38,644 bases of DNA from Octopus bimaculoides (GCF_001194135.2 NC_068994.1:46803449-46842092); one strand, 5' to 3'. Positions 12,371-24,694 are shown, counted from the stretch's first letter. The notes: generated by a model from the letters alone, not told the origin. Program-made: numbers and translations.

Positions 12371-13202
12371 CATGATGACGATTCTGACGACGACGACAAC
12401 GATGATGATGATGATGATGATGATGACGATGAAGATGATGAAGATGATGATGATGATGAAGATGATGAAGATGATGATGATGATGAAGATGATGATGATG
12501 ATGATGAAGATGATGATGATGATGATGATGAAGATGATGATGAAGATGATGATGATGATGAAGATGATGATGATGATGATGATGATGACGATGATGATGA
12601 TGATGAAGATGATGATGATGATGACGATGAAGATGATGATGATGATGATGAAGATAATGATGATGATGACGATGAAGATGATGAAGATGATGATGATTAT
12701 GATGATGAAGATGATGATGATGATTATGATGAAGATGATGATAGTAGTAATGATGCTACTGTTGCTACTACTGCTGCTGCAGATAATGACGACGATGACG
12801 ATGATGATAATGATGTTACTGCTGCTTTGCTTTGCTGCTGCTGCTGATGATGATGATGATTACGATGATGATAATGAGGATAATGGCAACGACGACGATG
12901 CTGCTGCTGCTGGTGATGATGATGACGACGACGACGGCGACAACGACGATGACAATGATGATGATGATAATAATGTCACTCATGCTTTGCTGCTGATGAT
13001 GATGATGTAGATTGATGATGATGACGATGATTATGATGATGATGGTGGTGGTGGTGGTGGTGGTGATGATGATGGTGGTGGTGGTGGTGGTAGTGGTGGT
13101 GGTGTTGGTGATGATGATGATGTTGATGGTGATGGTGCTGATGATGATGAGGAGGAGGACGACGACGAAAACGACGACCATCATGATGATGAAGATGGTG
13201 GT
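12371..13202. repeat. Long (GAT)n tract with GAA/GAC/GCT/GGT variant blocks, running into a gap
   Basis: Direct reading. Confidence 0.95.
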
Positions 13203-14081
13203 NNNNNNNNNNNNNNNNNNNNNNNNNNNNNNNNNNNNNNNNNNNNNNNNNNNNNNNNNNNNNNNNNNNNNNNNNNNNNNNNNNNNNNNNNNNNNNNNNN
13301 NNNNNNNNNNNNNNNNNNNNNNNNNNNNNNNNNNNNNNNNNNNNNNNNNNNNNNNNNNNNNNNNNNNNNNNNNNNNNNNNNNNNNNNNNNNNNNNNNNNN
13401 NNNNNNNNNNNNNNNNNNNNNNNNNNNNNNNNNNNNNNNNNNNNNNNNNNNNNNNNNNNNNNNNNNNNNNNNNNNNNNNNNNNNNNNNNNNNNNNNNNNN
13501 NNNNNNNNNNNNNNNNNNNNNNNNNNNNNNNNNNNNNNNNNNNNNNNNNNNNNNNNNNNNNNNNNNNNNNNNNNNNNNNNNNNNNNNNNNNNNNNNNNNN
13601 NNNNNNNNNNNNNNNNNNNNNNNNNNNNNNNNNNNNNNNNNNNNNNNNNNNNNNNNNNNNNNNNNNNNNNNNNNNNNNNNNNNNNNNNNNNNNNNNNNNN
13701 NNNNNNNNNNNNNNNNNNNNNNNNNNNNNNNNNNNNNNNNNNNNNNNNNNNNNNNNNNNNNNNNNNNNNNNNNNNNNNNNNNNNNNNNNNNNNNNNNNNN
13801 NNNNNNNNNNNNNNNNNNNNNNNNNNNNNNNNNNNNNNNNNNNNNNNNNNNNNNNAACAAGCCATTGTATTTGTCTTTGCTCTTCCATTCGTTGGACATC
13901 ATCAGAGAAATCGGGAAAGGGTGCGGAGAGGGAGGTGCGAAGAGAACTGGTTCGTAGAAGAGGTGCGAGGAGAAAAGTGTGAGCGTGAGGTAGGGGTGTG
14001 TAGGGGGAAAGAGAACTATGGAGAAGGAGGGGTGAGGGAGGGATGCGTGTATCGAGAGGGGTGCATGGGGAAGAGAGAGGT

Positions 14082-14119
<38 letters not shown>

Positions 14120-14149
14120 GTGTGTGCATGTGTGTATGTAACTTTCAAT

Positions 14150-14672
14150 TTTTGTTCCCTCCATAACTCTTGACAACCGGTGTTGCTGTTGTAGTGAAAA
14201 TGGTACATTCCTTCTCACGTGACAAAGTAGTATGACTCAGCCACTATAAAGCCACACAGTCAGTCGTTGTAAGAAGGTCAGTAGTAGTAGTAGTAGTAGA
14301 ATCGTTGTACGAGTTCTCAGTCGGAGTCAGTTATGTGATATATACGAGTTCGAGTTACCGTCAAGCGACAGCTATCTGCGATAGCACGATAAACGAGTCA
14401 AAGATAAGACGCGGAATACCGCTACAACATAACAGTGGTGAGAAGAATATTGCAGTACCGACGACAACATACAAGTGGACGAGGATTCACATTATAACAG
14501 TTGCTTTGTTCACGTTCCCGTAACAAGCGGTTTAAGAAAAGGGCCGAAAGAATAAGTATCAGGCATTTAAAATAACTACTGAGGTGGATTTGCTCAACTA
14601 AAACCTTTTAAGGCGGTGTTCCAGTGTGGCTGCAGTCCAGTGACTGAAATAAGTGAAAGAATAAAAGAAAGA
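14150..14672 (+). mobile_element. SINE family B 3' half, split by a solo LTR
   Basis: Removing 14187-14504 restores TTGACAACCGGTGTTGCTTTGTTCACGTTCCCGTAAC, collinear with revcomp of 33421-33465; tail ...GGCGGTGTTCCAGTGTGGCTGCAGTCCAGTGACTGAAATAAGTGAAAGAATAAAAGA. Confidence 0.85.
14187..14499 (+). mobile_element. Solo LTR (313 bp)
   Basis: Begins TGTTGT, ends ATAACA; perfect 5-bp TSD GTTGC at 14182-14186 and 14500-14504; TATA-like TATAAA at 14245; strand inferred from that motif only. Confidence 0.85.
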
Positions 14673-14937
14673 CGAGAATGCGATTCCATTCCGATCGTAA
14701 GGAGAGAAGTTTGTAGAATATGAATTAATTTACACGATAAGAATGGATCGAACAGAAGGAAAGGCTGGAAGAAAGAGAGAAAGAAAGAAAGGAGGAACCA
14801 TATCCACTCCCTTCGTCCGCATCTCATTCCCTGATTCTCCCACCCCACCCCGCCTCAATCTCAATAAGTCTATACGCTTCATTACAGTGCATATTTAGTC
14901 CTGGATGATGCCTATCCGAATTTGGTATGGGTTCCAT

Positions 14938-14961
14938 GTAGTAGTAGTAGTGGTGGTGGTG

Positions 14962-15015
<54 letters not shown>

Positions 15016-15355
15016 AAAGTGATATCTTCCAAACTGTATATCGACAAAAATAAGATACGATGTGCCTAACACACACACGCGTGCACACAAACATACACTC
15101 ACATACACACACACATACAAACACAAACACACACAAGGCATACATACAAGCACACACATGCATACATACACACACACACATGCATACATACGTACATACA
15201 TATATTCATAAATACATATATACATACATGCATACATACGTACACACACACAGGCATACATACACACACACATGCATACATACATACATACATACATACA
15301 TACATACATACATACATACATACATAGAAATATATGCATACAAGCATACATACAT
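14938..15355. repeat. (GTA)/(GGT) then (CA)/(TACA) microsatellites
   Basis: Direct reading. Confidence 0.9.
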
Positions 15356-16819
15356 GCTTACAGGCTTACATGTAAGTGTATGTATGTTAATAGTAAAGGC
15401 AGACGAAAGGAAAAGTACTCAATGTCACTGAGTAGAGTATTAATTTAATTTGATTGGCTGAAATCAGGAATGGCGACCGACTACTAATAGTTTCCTTGAG
15501 TGGTAGCCACGCAGTTCGTTAGGTCGCCATCCTGAAATAAACTTCAAAACTATCAATGTAAACGAAAAACAGTGCAAGTCTAGTTTTGATCTCTCATTAT
15601 CGAAGACATTAAAGAGAGAAGCTTCTTTATTTAAAACAAGAACAATCAAGAGAATGTATTCTCGGGAGATCAAGTTTGGAAATGAGGTAACCTGCATTCT
15701 CAATACGGGAACAGAAATTTGACACAAAAATTCGACAGACGAAAAACTTAATATAAGATTGATTACTGGATGAATACAAGGAGGGAATTTACAAAGGGAA
15801 AGGTTATCGCATTGTTATTGTTACATGTTCTATTCTCAGTGCATTGATTAACTTGCAGCTCGTAAATTTAGAGCATATACAAGGCAAATTCAAAATGGTG
15901 TGGAATGGCATAGATTAGTACAAAGCAGATTCGAGACGATGTGAAATTGCATAGAATCTATGCGTGTATGCTACCAAACTATAATTCTTCGGTATATTGA
16001 TCTGGCTGCAAACATTCTCCTACATTTATAGATTGCTCATGCCTTGATCATAATATAGGGCACCGCTTCCATCATTTAGCCAGAGGTACCCGTATGTTAG
16101 TTTTAGCTACTTTATTGTGCTTAAACATCTGTGATTAAATGTTACCCAGACAGCTATAACTTACTTTCACTGGATTATTATTAAAGATTTTGTTACATGT
16201 ATAGGATACGAGTAAGTAGATATCAATATATTAATGTTCAGAAGCTCCCAGCAACGCTCATACTATACGAGGAATCGAACCATATAATTTTCCTATTTCA
16301 ACCATTTAATTGAGTTTAATTGGAAAGAGGTTTATACAATCTATAATCAAATGACAGTCTTATCGAATATGTTCTTACCTGATAATAATTTTCAGATGCA
16401 CTTAGTGATATCAGCAATTGTGTGTTTAATGATCCCTGATTGGTGATTGGTACCTTTAGATTGAATATAAAAGAGAAACGGTGTGAGTGAGGAGTGAAAT
16501 TTTAGAATATACAGTTATGTACTGAATGAGTTAAAAAATTAAAGATTCAAAATGTACAGCAGTTTATTGAGAAGCAAAACAAGTTTAGTAAAACAGGTTC
16601 TGAAACAAACATTTCACGTATACCTGGTAGATATATAACTTTTACCTTTTAGAGTCAAAATTTATCATATTCCTTAAAAACGTTTACATAGCTTTCACTT
16701 AACTTGGACAAGTAGTACAACATAGGTGAAGAAGCGGATGTAAAACAAAGGAATCATTTTAAAATATTCATATTGTTTTTAAATTTTCGGTTCCGTAATG
16801 TAATATTTAAATTAACCAA

Positions 16820-17036
16820 GGCGGCGAACTGGCAGAATCGTCAGCACGCCGGGTGAAATGCATAGCGGTATTTCGTCTGCTGCAACGTTCTGAGTTCAAA
16901 TGCCGCCGAGGTCGACTTTGCCTTTCATCCTTTCGGGGTTGATAAATTAAGTACTAGTTACGCACTGGCGTCGATGAAATCGACTATCCTCCTCCCCCCA
17001 AATTTCAGGCCTTGTGCCTATAGTAGAAAGGATTAT
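16820..17036 (+). mobile_element. SINE family A, full length
   Basis: GGCGGCGAACTGGCAGAATCG head, GAGTTCAAAT B-box-like motif, CTTTGCCTTTCATCCTTTCGGGG core, GTAGAAAGGATTAT tail. Confidence 0.95.
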
Positions 17037-17062
17037 ATATAAATTTTATGGGCGGCGAGCTG

Positions 17063-17503
17063 GGTTCTCCTGTATGTGTGACATTGTGCAGAGTTTTTTT
17101 GCCAGACGTAGGACCTTCCAGCAGCCACCTTCTTGACCCAGGGCAGCACTACCTCCCCCAGGCACTTGGTGAAGGCCTCCATAACGTCTCTATCACTAGT
17201 GATCACTCTAAACACCATGATGTTGACTGGATGTTTAATTTTTATCACTCTCTGTAAACGTCCTCAGATTAACACCCACACACTCTGAAATGTTCGTATT
17301 GGAACTTCCAGTGCAGATGCCAAGCAGTAAAGCATATCGTTTCCAAATTTCTGGCAGAGACAATTGCGTCATGGTGCTGTTTTTCTCACAGACGGTGACC
17401 AACTGACCCTACTATATAGTGCAATCGACAAAATCAAAGACAAACAATGCACATGCGCGAAATAAAAAATATAAAATGGCGACAACTTACCCATCGCACC
17501 CTG
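17063..17503 (-). mobile_element. Tc1/mariner 5' end with internally deleted transposase pseudogene
   Basis: Terminus CAGGGTGCGATGGGTAAGTTGTCGCC next to TA (17504-17505); ATG at 17372 gives MTQLSLPEIWKRYALLLGICTGSSNTNISECVGVNLRT, fused out of frame to IKHPVNIMVFRVITSDRDVM/EAFTKCLGEVVLPWVKKVAAGRSYVWQKNSAQCHT (DDE/D-domain-like). Confidence 0.88.
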
Positions 17504-17534
<31 letters not shown>

Positions 17535-17689
17535 GTATATATAGAGAGAGAGGGGGAGGGGGATAGGGGGAGGGAGAGAGAGAGGTTTTGAGAGGCAATG
17601 GTGTCAATAAGACCCAAAGACCTATTTATAAATGTTCTAAAATCTTCACAGCCTTGGTCTTTTATCTCATTCTGAAACAAAAATTTATG

Positions 17690-17721
<32 letters not shown>

Positions 17722-18649
17722 CGTGTGTATGCGCGTACGTGTGTATGGGAATGTGTGCGTATGTGTGTGTGTATTTGTCTATATAGTTATAGTGTTTTAT
17801 GACTTTNNNNNNNNNNNNNNNNNNNNNNNNNNNNNNNNNNNNNNNNNNNNNNNNNNNNNNNNNNNNNNNNNNNNNNNNNNNNNNNNNNNNNNNNNNNNNN
17901 NNNNNNNNNNNNNNNNNNNNNNNNNNNNNNNNNNNNNNNNNNNNNNNNNNNNNNNNNNNNNNNNNNNNNNNNNNNNNNNNNNNNNNNNNNNNNNNNNNNN
18001 NNNNNNNNNNNNNNNNNNNNNNNNNNNNNNNNNNNNNNNNNNNNNNNNNNNNNNNNNNNNNNNNNNNNNNNNNNNNNNNNNNNNNNNNNNNNNNNNNNNN
18101 NNNNNNNNNNNNNNNNNNNNNNNNNNNNNNNNNNNNNNNNNNNNNNNNNNNNNNNNNNNNNNNNNNNNNNNNNNNNNNNNNNNNNNNNNNNNNNNNNNNN
18201 NNNNNNNNNNNNNNNNNNNNNNNNNNNNNNNNNNNNNNNNNNNNNNNNNNNNNNNNNNNNNNNNNNNNNNNNNNNNNNNNNNNNNNNNNNNNNNNNNNNN
18301 NNNNNNNNNNNNNNNNNNNNNNNNNNNNNNNNNNNNNNNNNNNNNNNNNNNNNNNNNNNNNNNNNNNNNNNNNNNNNNNNNNNNNNNNNNNNNNNNNNNN
18401 NNNNNNNNNNNNNNNNNNNNNNNNNNNNNNNNNNNNNNNNNNNNNNNNNNNNNNNNNNNNNNNNNNNNNNNNNNNNNNNNNNNNNNNNNNNNNNNNNNNN
18501 NNNNNNNNNNNNNNNNNNNNNNNNNNNNNNNNNNNNNNNNNNNNNNNNNNNNNNNNNNNNNNNNNNNNNNNNNNNNNNNNNNTAATAAATGTGTATTCTA
18601 TAAAAGTATAGAGAACCCCTACGGATTAATGTAAAACTGTTTTTATCAT

Positions 18650-18728
<79 letters not shown>

Positions 18729-19127
18729 CATACATAAATATACGTACGTGTGTGTGTGTATACATATATATGCATATATCATGAAATCTTTAAACGATAA
18801 ACGAATGACAGAATTTAAAATCTGTAGCACATATCGGCGAATTGTAGTTAACGTTTTAGTACATTGTTTTAAAACATGATAACGCTTATTGCTTGGTCAG
18901 TCCTTGTTCTCACAAGAATATTTTACATATGTACGTGTATATATATATATATATATGCGCACACGCCCACATCACTATGAACAATGCACACACTCACAAC
19001 ATATCAGTACGTAAATATGTACACATAAAAGTATGTGTGTGTGAGTGTATATATATATATATGTGTGTATATATATGTATATATATATATATATATATAC
19101 ACATACATATATACATACACATATACT

Positions 19128-19175
<48 letters not shown>

Positions 19176-19970
19176 GTATATACACACACACACACACATA
19201 TATATNNNNNNNNNNNNNNNNNNNNNNNNNNNNNNNNNNNNNNNNNNNNNNNNNNNNNNNNNNNNNNNNNNNNNNNNNNNNNNNNNNNNNNNNNNNNNNN
19301 NNNNNNNNNNNNNNNNNNNNNNNNNNNNNNNNNNNNNNNNNNNNNNNNNNNNNNNNNNNNNNNNNNNNNNNNNNNNNNNNNNNNNNNNNNNNNNNNNNNN
19401 NNNNNNNNNNNNNNNNNNNNNNNNNNNNNNNNNNNNNNNNNNNNNNNNNNNNNNNNNNNNNNNNNNNNNNNNNNNNNNNNNNNNNNNNNNNNNNNNNNNN
19501 NNNNNNNNNNNNNNNNNNNNNNNNNNNNNNNNNNNNNNNNNNNNNNNNNNNNNNNNNNNNNNNNNNNNNNNNNNNNNNNNNNNNNNNNNNNNNNNNNNNN
19601 NNNNNNNNNNNNNNNNNNNNNNNNNNNNNNNNNNNNNNNNNNNNNNNNNNNNNNNNNNNNNNNNNNNNNNNNNNNNNNNNNNNNNNNNNNNNNNNNNNNN
19701 NNNNNNNNNNNNNNNNNNNNNNNNNNNNNNNNNNNNNNNNNNNNNNNNNNNNNNNNNNNNNNNNNNNNNNNNNNNNNNNNNNNNNNNNNNNNNNNNNNNN
19801 NNNNNNNNNNNNNNNNNNNNNNNNNNNNNNNNNNNNNNNNNNNNNNNNNNNNNNNNNNNNNNNNNNNNNNNNNCAGTCACATATTCATAGATTTGGATAC
19901 ATCTATACATACATATATATATATATATGATATGTCTCTTTATACGTCTGCGTGCACGTGTGTTAATGCG

Positions 19971-20004
<34 letters not shown>

Positions 20005-20158
20005 CGTGTGTGTATGTGTGTGTGTGTGTGCGTGTGTGAGCAAGTATGTATGTGTCTAAATAAGTGTTCGTGTGCGCGTATATGTGTGCATGTGTGTATG
20101 TGTGTATCTAGATGGATGTGTATGTGACTGCATGTGCGTGTGTGTATATATGTGTGTA

Positions 20159-20206
<48 letters not shown>

Positions 20207-20675
20207 CGTTTGATGAAATAACAATGATCCAGTTTACAGATCTCTCTAACCTGTCAATCTTCAGAAAAGTTTATAGAATATATAAATACATATATATATA
20301 TATAAATACATATATATATATATATAAATACATATATATATATATATAAATACATATATATATATATATAAATACATATATATANNNNNNNNNNNNNNNN
20401 NNNNNNNNNNNNNNNNNNNNNNNNNNNNNNNNNNNNNNNNNNNNNNNNNNNNNNNNNNNNNNNNNNNNNNNNNNNNNNNNNNNNNNNNNNNNNNNNNNNN
20501 NNNNNNNNNNNNNNNNNNNNNNNNNNNNNNNNNNNNNNNNNNNNNNNNNNNNNNNNNNNNNNNNNNNNNNNNNNNNNNNNNNNNNNNNNNNNNNNNNNNN
20601 NNNNNNNNNNNNNNNNNNNNNNNNNNNNNNNNNNNNNNNNNNNNNNNNNNNNNNNNNNNNNNNNNNNNNNNNNNN

Positions 20676-20729
<54 letters not shown>

Positions 20730-20864
20730 CATGTATGTATACCTACATCTGTGTTTACTTATGTATCCGTGTATGCATGCATATATGTATGTTCTCCGAA
20801 ATATCCAATAGGATATTCAGAAATTAGCATCTTTCACTGCAATGATTTTTAACTCTGGCAAGAG

Positions 20865-21245
20865 ACCAGAAATTTGTAATGAAGGACTATAATCGTTTGA
20901 ATCACCCTCAGTACATAATTAGTATTTATTTATCACCGTCGCCTTATGGATGAAAAATTAATGCCTTCCTTGCCCAGATAGGAATTTATAACGTCGTAAA
21001 ATATTGTTTACACATTCGCGCCATCATTCTAGCTTCCTCGCCACCCCTGTTTTAATAATTGCCTCTTGTTTAGGCACAAGGACACAAATTTGGTGTTTGA
21101 GGATCATTTGATTAAATTGACCCTTGTTCAGTAACTTGAATCGGTACTTCAATTTTCGCGATCCGAGGAAGATGGAAAGGCAAAGTTGACAGTCGCTGTT
21201 TGTACTCAGAACATAAACAATCGTAACGAATATCGCATTTCAGCA
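20865..21245 (-). mobile_element. Two highly decayed SINE family A copies
   Basis: Residual motifs AGGCACAAGG, GGAAAGGCAAAGTTGAC, ACTCAGAACATAA and CTCGCCACC. Confidence 0.55.
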
Positions 21246-21285
21246 TCTCGTTCGATTTTCGTAATAATTATAATTATCATTACAA

Positions 21286-21490
21286 AGCGGCGAGGTGGCA
21301 GAATCGTTAGCACGCCGGCCGAAATGCTTATTGTCGCTACGTTCTGAGTTCAAATTCCGCCGAGGCCGACTTTACCTTTCATTCTTTCGGGGGTCGATAA
21401 AATTAAGTACCTGTTGAGTATTGGAGTCGATGTAATCGACTATACCCCTCCTCCAAATTTCAGGCCTTGTGCCTATAGTAGAAAGGATTA
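21286..21490 (+). mobile_element. SINE family A, unit 1 of head-to-tail trimer
   Basis: Full family A motif order with an internal deletion in the head. Confidence 0.95.
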
Positions 21491-21496
21491 TTACAA

Positions 21497-21717
21497 GGCG
21501 GCGATGTGGTAGAATCGTCAGCACACCAGGCGAAATGTTTAGCGGTATTTCGTCTGCCGCCACGTTCTGAGTTCAAATTCCGCCGAGGCCGACTTTGCCT
21601 TTCGTCCTTTCGGGGGGTCGATAAATTAAGTAACAGTGAAACTCTGGGGTCGATGTAATCGATTAATCCCTTCCCGCCAAAACTTCAGGTCTTGTGCCTA
21701 GAGTAGAAAGGATTATT
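21497..21717 (+). mobile_element. SINE family A, unit 2 of trimer
   Basis: Full family A motif order. Confidence 0.95.
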
Positions 21718-21730
21718 GTTAATATTACAA

Positions 21731-21809
21731 GGCGGCGAGGTGACAGGAGCACGCCGGGCGAAATGCAAAACGGTATCTCACTCGTCGTTACGTTCTGACT
21801 TCAAATTCC
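21731..21809 (+). mobile_element. SINE family A head only, unit 3 of trimer
   Basis: GGCGGCGAGG...CACGCCGGGCGAAATGC...TTCAAATTCC. Confidence 0.85.
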
Positions 21810-21854
21810 TTTTGGCATAACCGAGTAGACAGCTATGTCCAGAGAATAATATGG

Positions 21855-22016
21855 TTTAAAATTTTGGCACAAGGCCAGCAGTTTAGGGGGAGTCGAAAAG
21901 TTGATTACCTCGACCGCAGTACTCAACTGGTACTTATTTATCGACTCCGAAAGGATGAAAGGCAAAGTTGACCTCGGCGGAATTTGAACTCAGAACATAA
22001 AGACAAACGAAATACC
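21855..22016 (-). mobile_element. SINE family A, 5'-truncated
   Basis: Reverse complement of core and GGCCTTGTGCCAAAATTTTAAA tail. Confidence 0.9.
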
Positions 22017-22250
22017 TATTTCGTTATTGCCCACAAGGGGCTAAACATAGAGGGAACAAACAAGAACAGACGAACGGATTAAGTCGATTACATCGACCCC
22101 AGTGCGTAACTGGTACTTAATTTATCGACCCCGAAAGGATGAAAGGCAAAGTCGACCTCGGCGGAATTTGAACTCAGAACGTAACGACAGACGAAATACC
22201 GCTAAGCATTTCGCCCGGCGTGCTAACGATCCTGCAGCCAGCTCGCCGCC
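22017..22250 (-). mobile_element. SINE family A, full length, alternative 3' tail
   Basis: Same head and core but tail TTAATCCGTTCGTCTGTTCTTGTTTGTTCCCTCTATGTTTAGCCCCTTGTGGGCAATAACGAAATA. Confidence 0.95.
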
Positions 22251-22462
22251 TTAAAGTAATCTATGAACTCAGAACGTAATGTGTCGCGTCCGATGAGTAA
22301 TATTCAAACACATCTGTCTCAATAAGAAGTATAAACATATAACCAAATTTGGATGTGACAGTAATACCGCTGGCGTTCTTTTTACCAATCTGTCAGTACA
22401 TGTCTCGACATAGTTGAGACCTTTCTTGTATCTTTGCTCTGTGTATGGGGTGGGAGTATATT

Positions 22463-22530
22463 ACCTTAGGCAAGTGTCTTCTATAAGACCAAGCCGATTA
22501 GAATTTGGTAGACGGAAACTATGTGAAGCC
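22463..22530 (+). mobile_element. SINE family B fragment
   Basis: ACCTTAGGCAAGTGTCTTCTA...ATTTGGTAGACGGAAACT. Confidence 0.7.
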
Positions 22531-24027
22531 TCATCTTTTCTATATTGTCATGATTAATATCTTAACTGTTTAAAATTTTACCTGATGTAATTTATGAATA
22601 CATTAATAAAACAGATGTCGTAAATTTTAAACCCCTTTTATGTTCCGTTTATACATATACATACATACGTACATACATACATACATACATATATATATAN
22701 NNNNNNNNNNNNNNNNNNNNNNNNNNNNNNNNNNNNNNNNNNNNNNNNNNNNNNNNNNNNNNNNNNNNNNNNNNNNNNNNNNNNNNNNNNNNNNNNNNNN
22801 NNNNNNNNNNNNNNNNNNNNNNNNNNNNNNNNNNNNNNNNNNNNNNNNNNNNNNNNNNNNNNNNNNNNNNNNNNNNNNNNNNNNNNNNNNNNNNNNNNNN
22901 NNNNNNNNNNNNNNNNNNNNNNNNNNNNNNNNNNNNNNNNNNNNNNNNNNNNNNNNNNNNNNNNNNNNNNNNNNNNNNNNNNNNNNNNNNNNNNNNNNNN
23001 NNNNNNNNNNNNNNNNNNNNNNNNNNNNNNNNNNNNNNNNNNNNNNNNNNNNNNNNNNNNNNNNNNNNNNNNNNNNNNNNNNNNNNNNNNNNNNNNNNNN
23101 NNNNNNNNNNNNNNNNNNNNNNNNNNNNNNNNNNNNNNNNNNNNNNNNNNNNNNNNNNNNNNNNNNNNNNNNNNNNNNNNNNNNNNNNNNNNNNNNNNNN
23201 NNNNNNNNNNNNNNNNNNNNNNNNNNNNNNNNNNNNNNNNNNNNNNNNNNNNNNNNNNNNNNNNNNNNNNNNNNNNNNNNNNNNNNNNNNNNNNNNNNNN
23301 NNNNNNNNNNNNNNNNNNNNNNNNNNNNNNNNNNNNNNNNNNNNNNNNNNNNNNNNNNNNNNNNNNNNNNNNNNNNNNNNNNNNNNNNNNNNNNNNNNNN
23401 NNNNNNNNNNNNNNNNNNNNNNNNNNNNNNNNNNNNNNNNNNNNNNNNNNNNNNNNNNNNNNNNNNNNNNNNNNNNNNNNNNNNNNNNNNNNNNNNNNNN
23501 NNNNNNNNNNNNNNNNNNNNNNNNNNNNNNNNNNNNNNNNNNNNNNTATATATATATATATATATATATTGTGTATGTTTGTATATGTGTATGTTTGTTT
23601 GTTTGTTCGTTTGTTTGTTCGTTTGTATGCATCTATGTAGCACTTAATATGTATGTTGAATTGTGTTTGTTTCATAAACTCTTTGATGCGAAACCGTATT
23701 TTGAAATAGATACTGCTGTCATTTGAGAAGATCAATCCACTAATAAAAAGACATTCACTAGTTTTAGATTCCTTTTGCATTTTCTGTTTTTTTCATTAAT
23801 TAATTTATATATTTATTTATTTATAAACTTATGTATTTGTTTATTTGTCAAAGGCTTTTAATCATACAACAATGACCTTTTCAATGATTTTTTTTCCGTG
23901 ACTGCTGTTTTCCTTTCGTTTGTGGTATTTATATGTATTTTGTTGGTGTTATGTTTTAAGTATACGTGTGTGCATGTGTGGTTATGTTGCTACTGTGTAC
24001 CTATAGACTGTGTGCGTGTATGCGTAC

Positions 24028-24060
<33 letters not shown>

Positions 24061-24237
24061 TGTGTATGTATATGTGTGTATGTTAGGATGTTTAATTGCA
24101 ATTAGGATACAGTATGTTTCATGGCGAGTATCTAGTGTGTTCTTATGTCTTTGTTTACATGTTTGTTTCTATTATACGTGTGTGTATGTGTGTGTGCTTG
24201 TGTGTAGATGTGTGTGTGAGCGCGTATATGTATGCAA

Positions 24238-24393
24238 GCGCGCAGTCGTGGCTATGTGGTAAGAAGCTTGCTTCCCAACGACATTATTCTGAGTTCAGTC
24301 CCACTGCGTGGCACCTTGGGAAAGTGTCTTCTACTATAGCCTGGAGCCAACTAAAGCCTTGTGGTAGACGGAAACTGAAAGAAGCCCGTCGTA
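24238..24393 (+). mobile_element. SINE family B 5' half
   Basis: A box TGGCTATGTGG, B-box-like GAGTTCAGTCCC, GGCACCTTGGGAAAGTGTCTTCTACTATAGCC. Confidence 0.92.
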
Positions 24394-24449
24394 CATATAT
24401 ATATATCTCCCCCTTTTCTTAGCTCTCCTGAAAAAAGAATTTCTAACTT

Positions 24450-24674
24450 CCGGTCAGCCATTGTTATGATCAGCCATTATTATGATTGACCGTTGACTGA
24501 ACACTATTCAATTTTTTTCTCCGTGTTTTTCTCCTTGTCTCCGTATTCTTTCTGTTGAAAAGCGTAGCTCGAAACGTTAAAGACTTTCTGTATTCCCGAG
24601 CGTCAAACTAATACATCCTTTTGTTATTTACACCACCTGCCCTCGTCTGTTGTTGTTTTTTCGTATATTCTCCC
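24450..24674 (+). mobile_element. Dispersed repeat carrying a hammerhead-like motif (Penelope-like pLTR remnant), copy 1
   Basis: 24557-24674 aligns with 27404-27520; ends on an (AT)n tract; class assignment inferred from the hammerhead motif. Confidence 0.65.
24547..24583 (+). ncRNA. Minimal type-I hammerhead-like motif, variant core
   Basis: Stem I UCUUU/AAAGA; core CUGUUGA-A; stem II AGC-GUA-GCU; GAAACGUU with palindromic ACGU stem III. Confidence 0.55.
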
Positions 24675-24694
24675 ATATATATATATATATGTGT

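Noticed and set aside
12312-13202. Poly-Met ORF, or a poly-Asp frame resembling acidic molluscan shell proteins
   Set aside because: It is a (GAT)n microsatellite like those at 11385 and 34490; the Asp frame has no start or splice acceptor and shifts frame near 12825
13857-13920. Protein-like minus-strand peptide DFSDDVQRMEEQRQIQWLV next to a gap
   Set aside because: No acceptor AG upstream, too short, not recognised
15464-15535. 14-bp inverted repeat TCAGGA(A)TGGCGACC / GGTCGCCATCCTGA with upstream ATTGG (CCAAT/YY1-like motifs)
   Set aside because: Too short to distinguish promoter, MITE remnant or chance; no TSD
16385-16445. Possible small exon after TTTTCAG (MHLVISAIVCLMIPD)
   Set aside because: Weak donor, no recognisable homology and no partner exons visible
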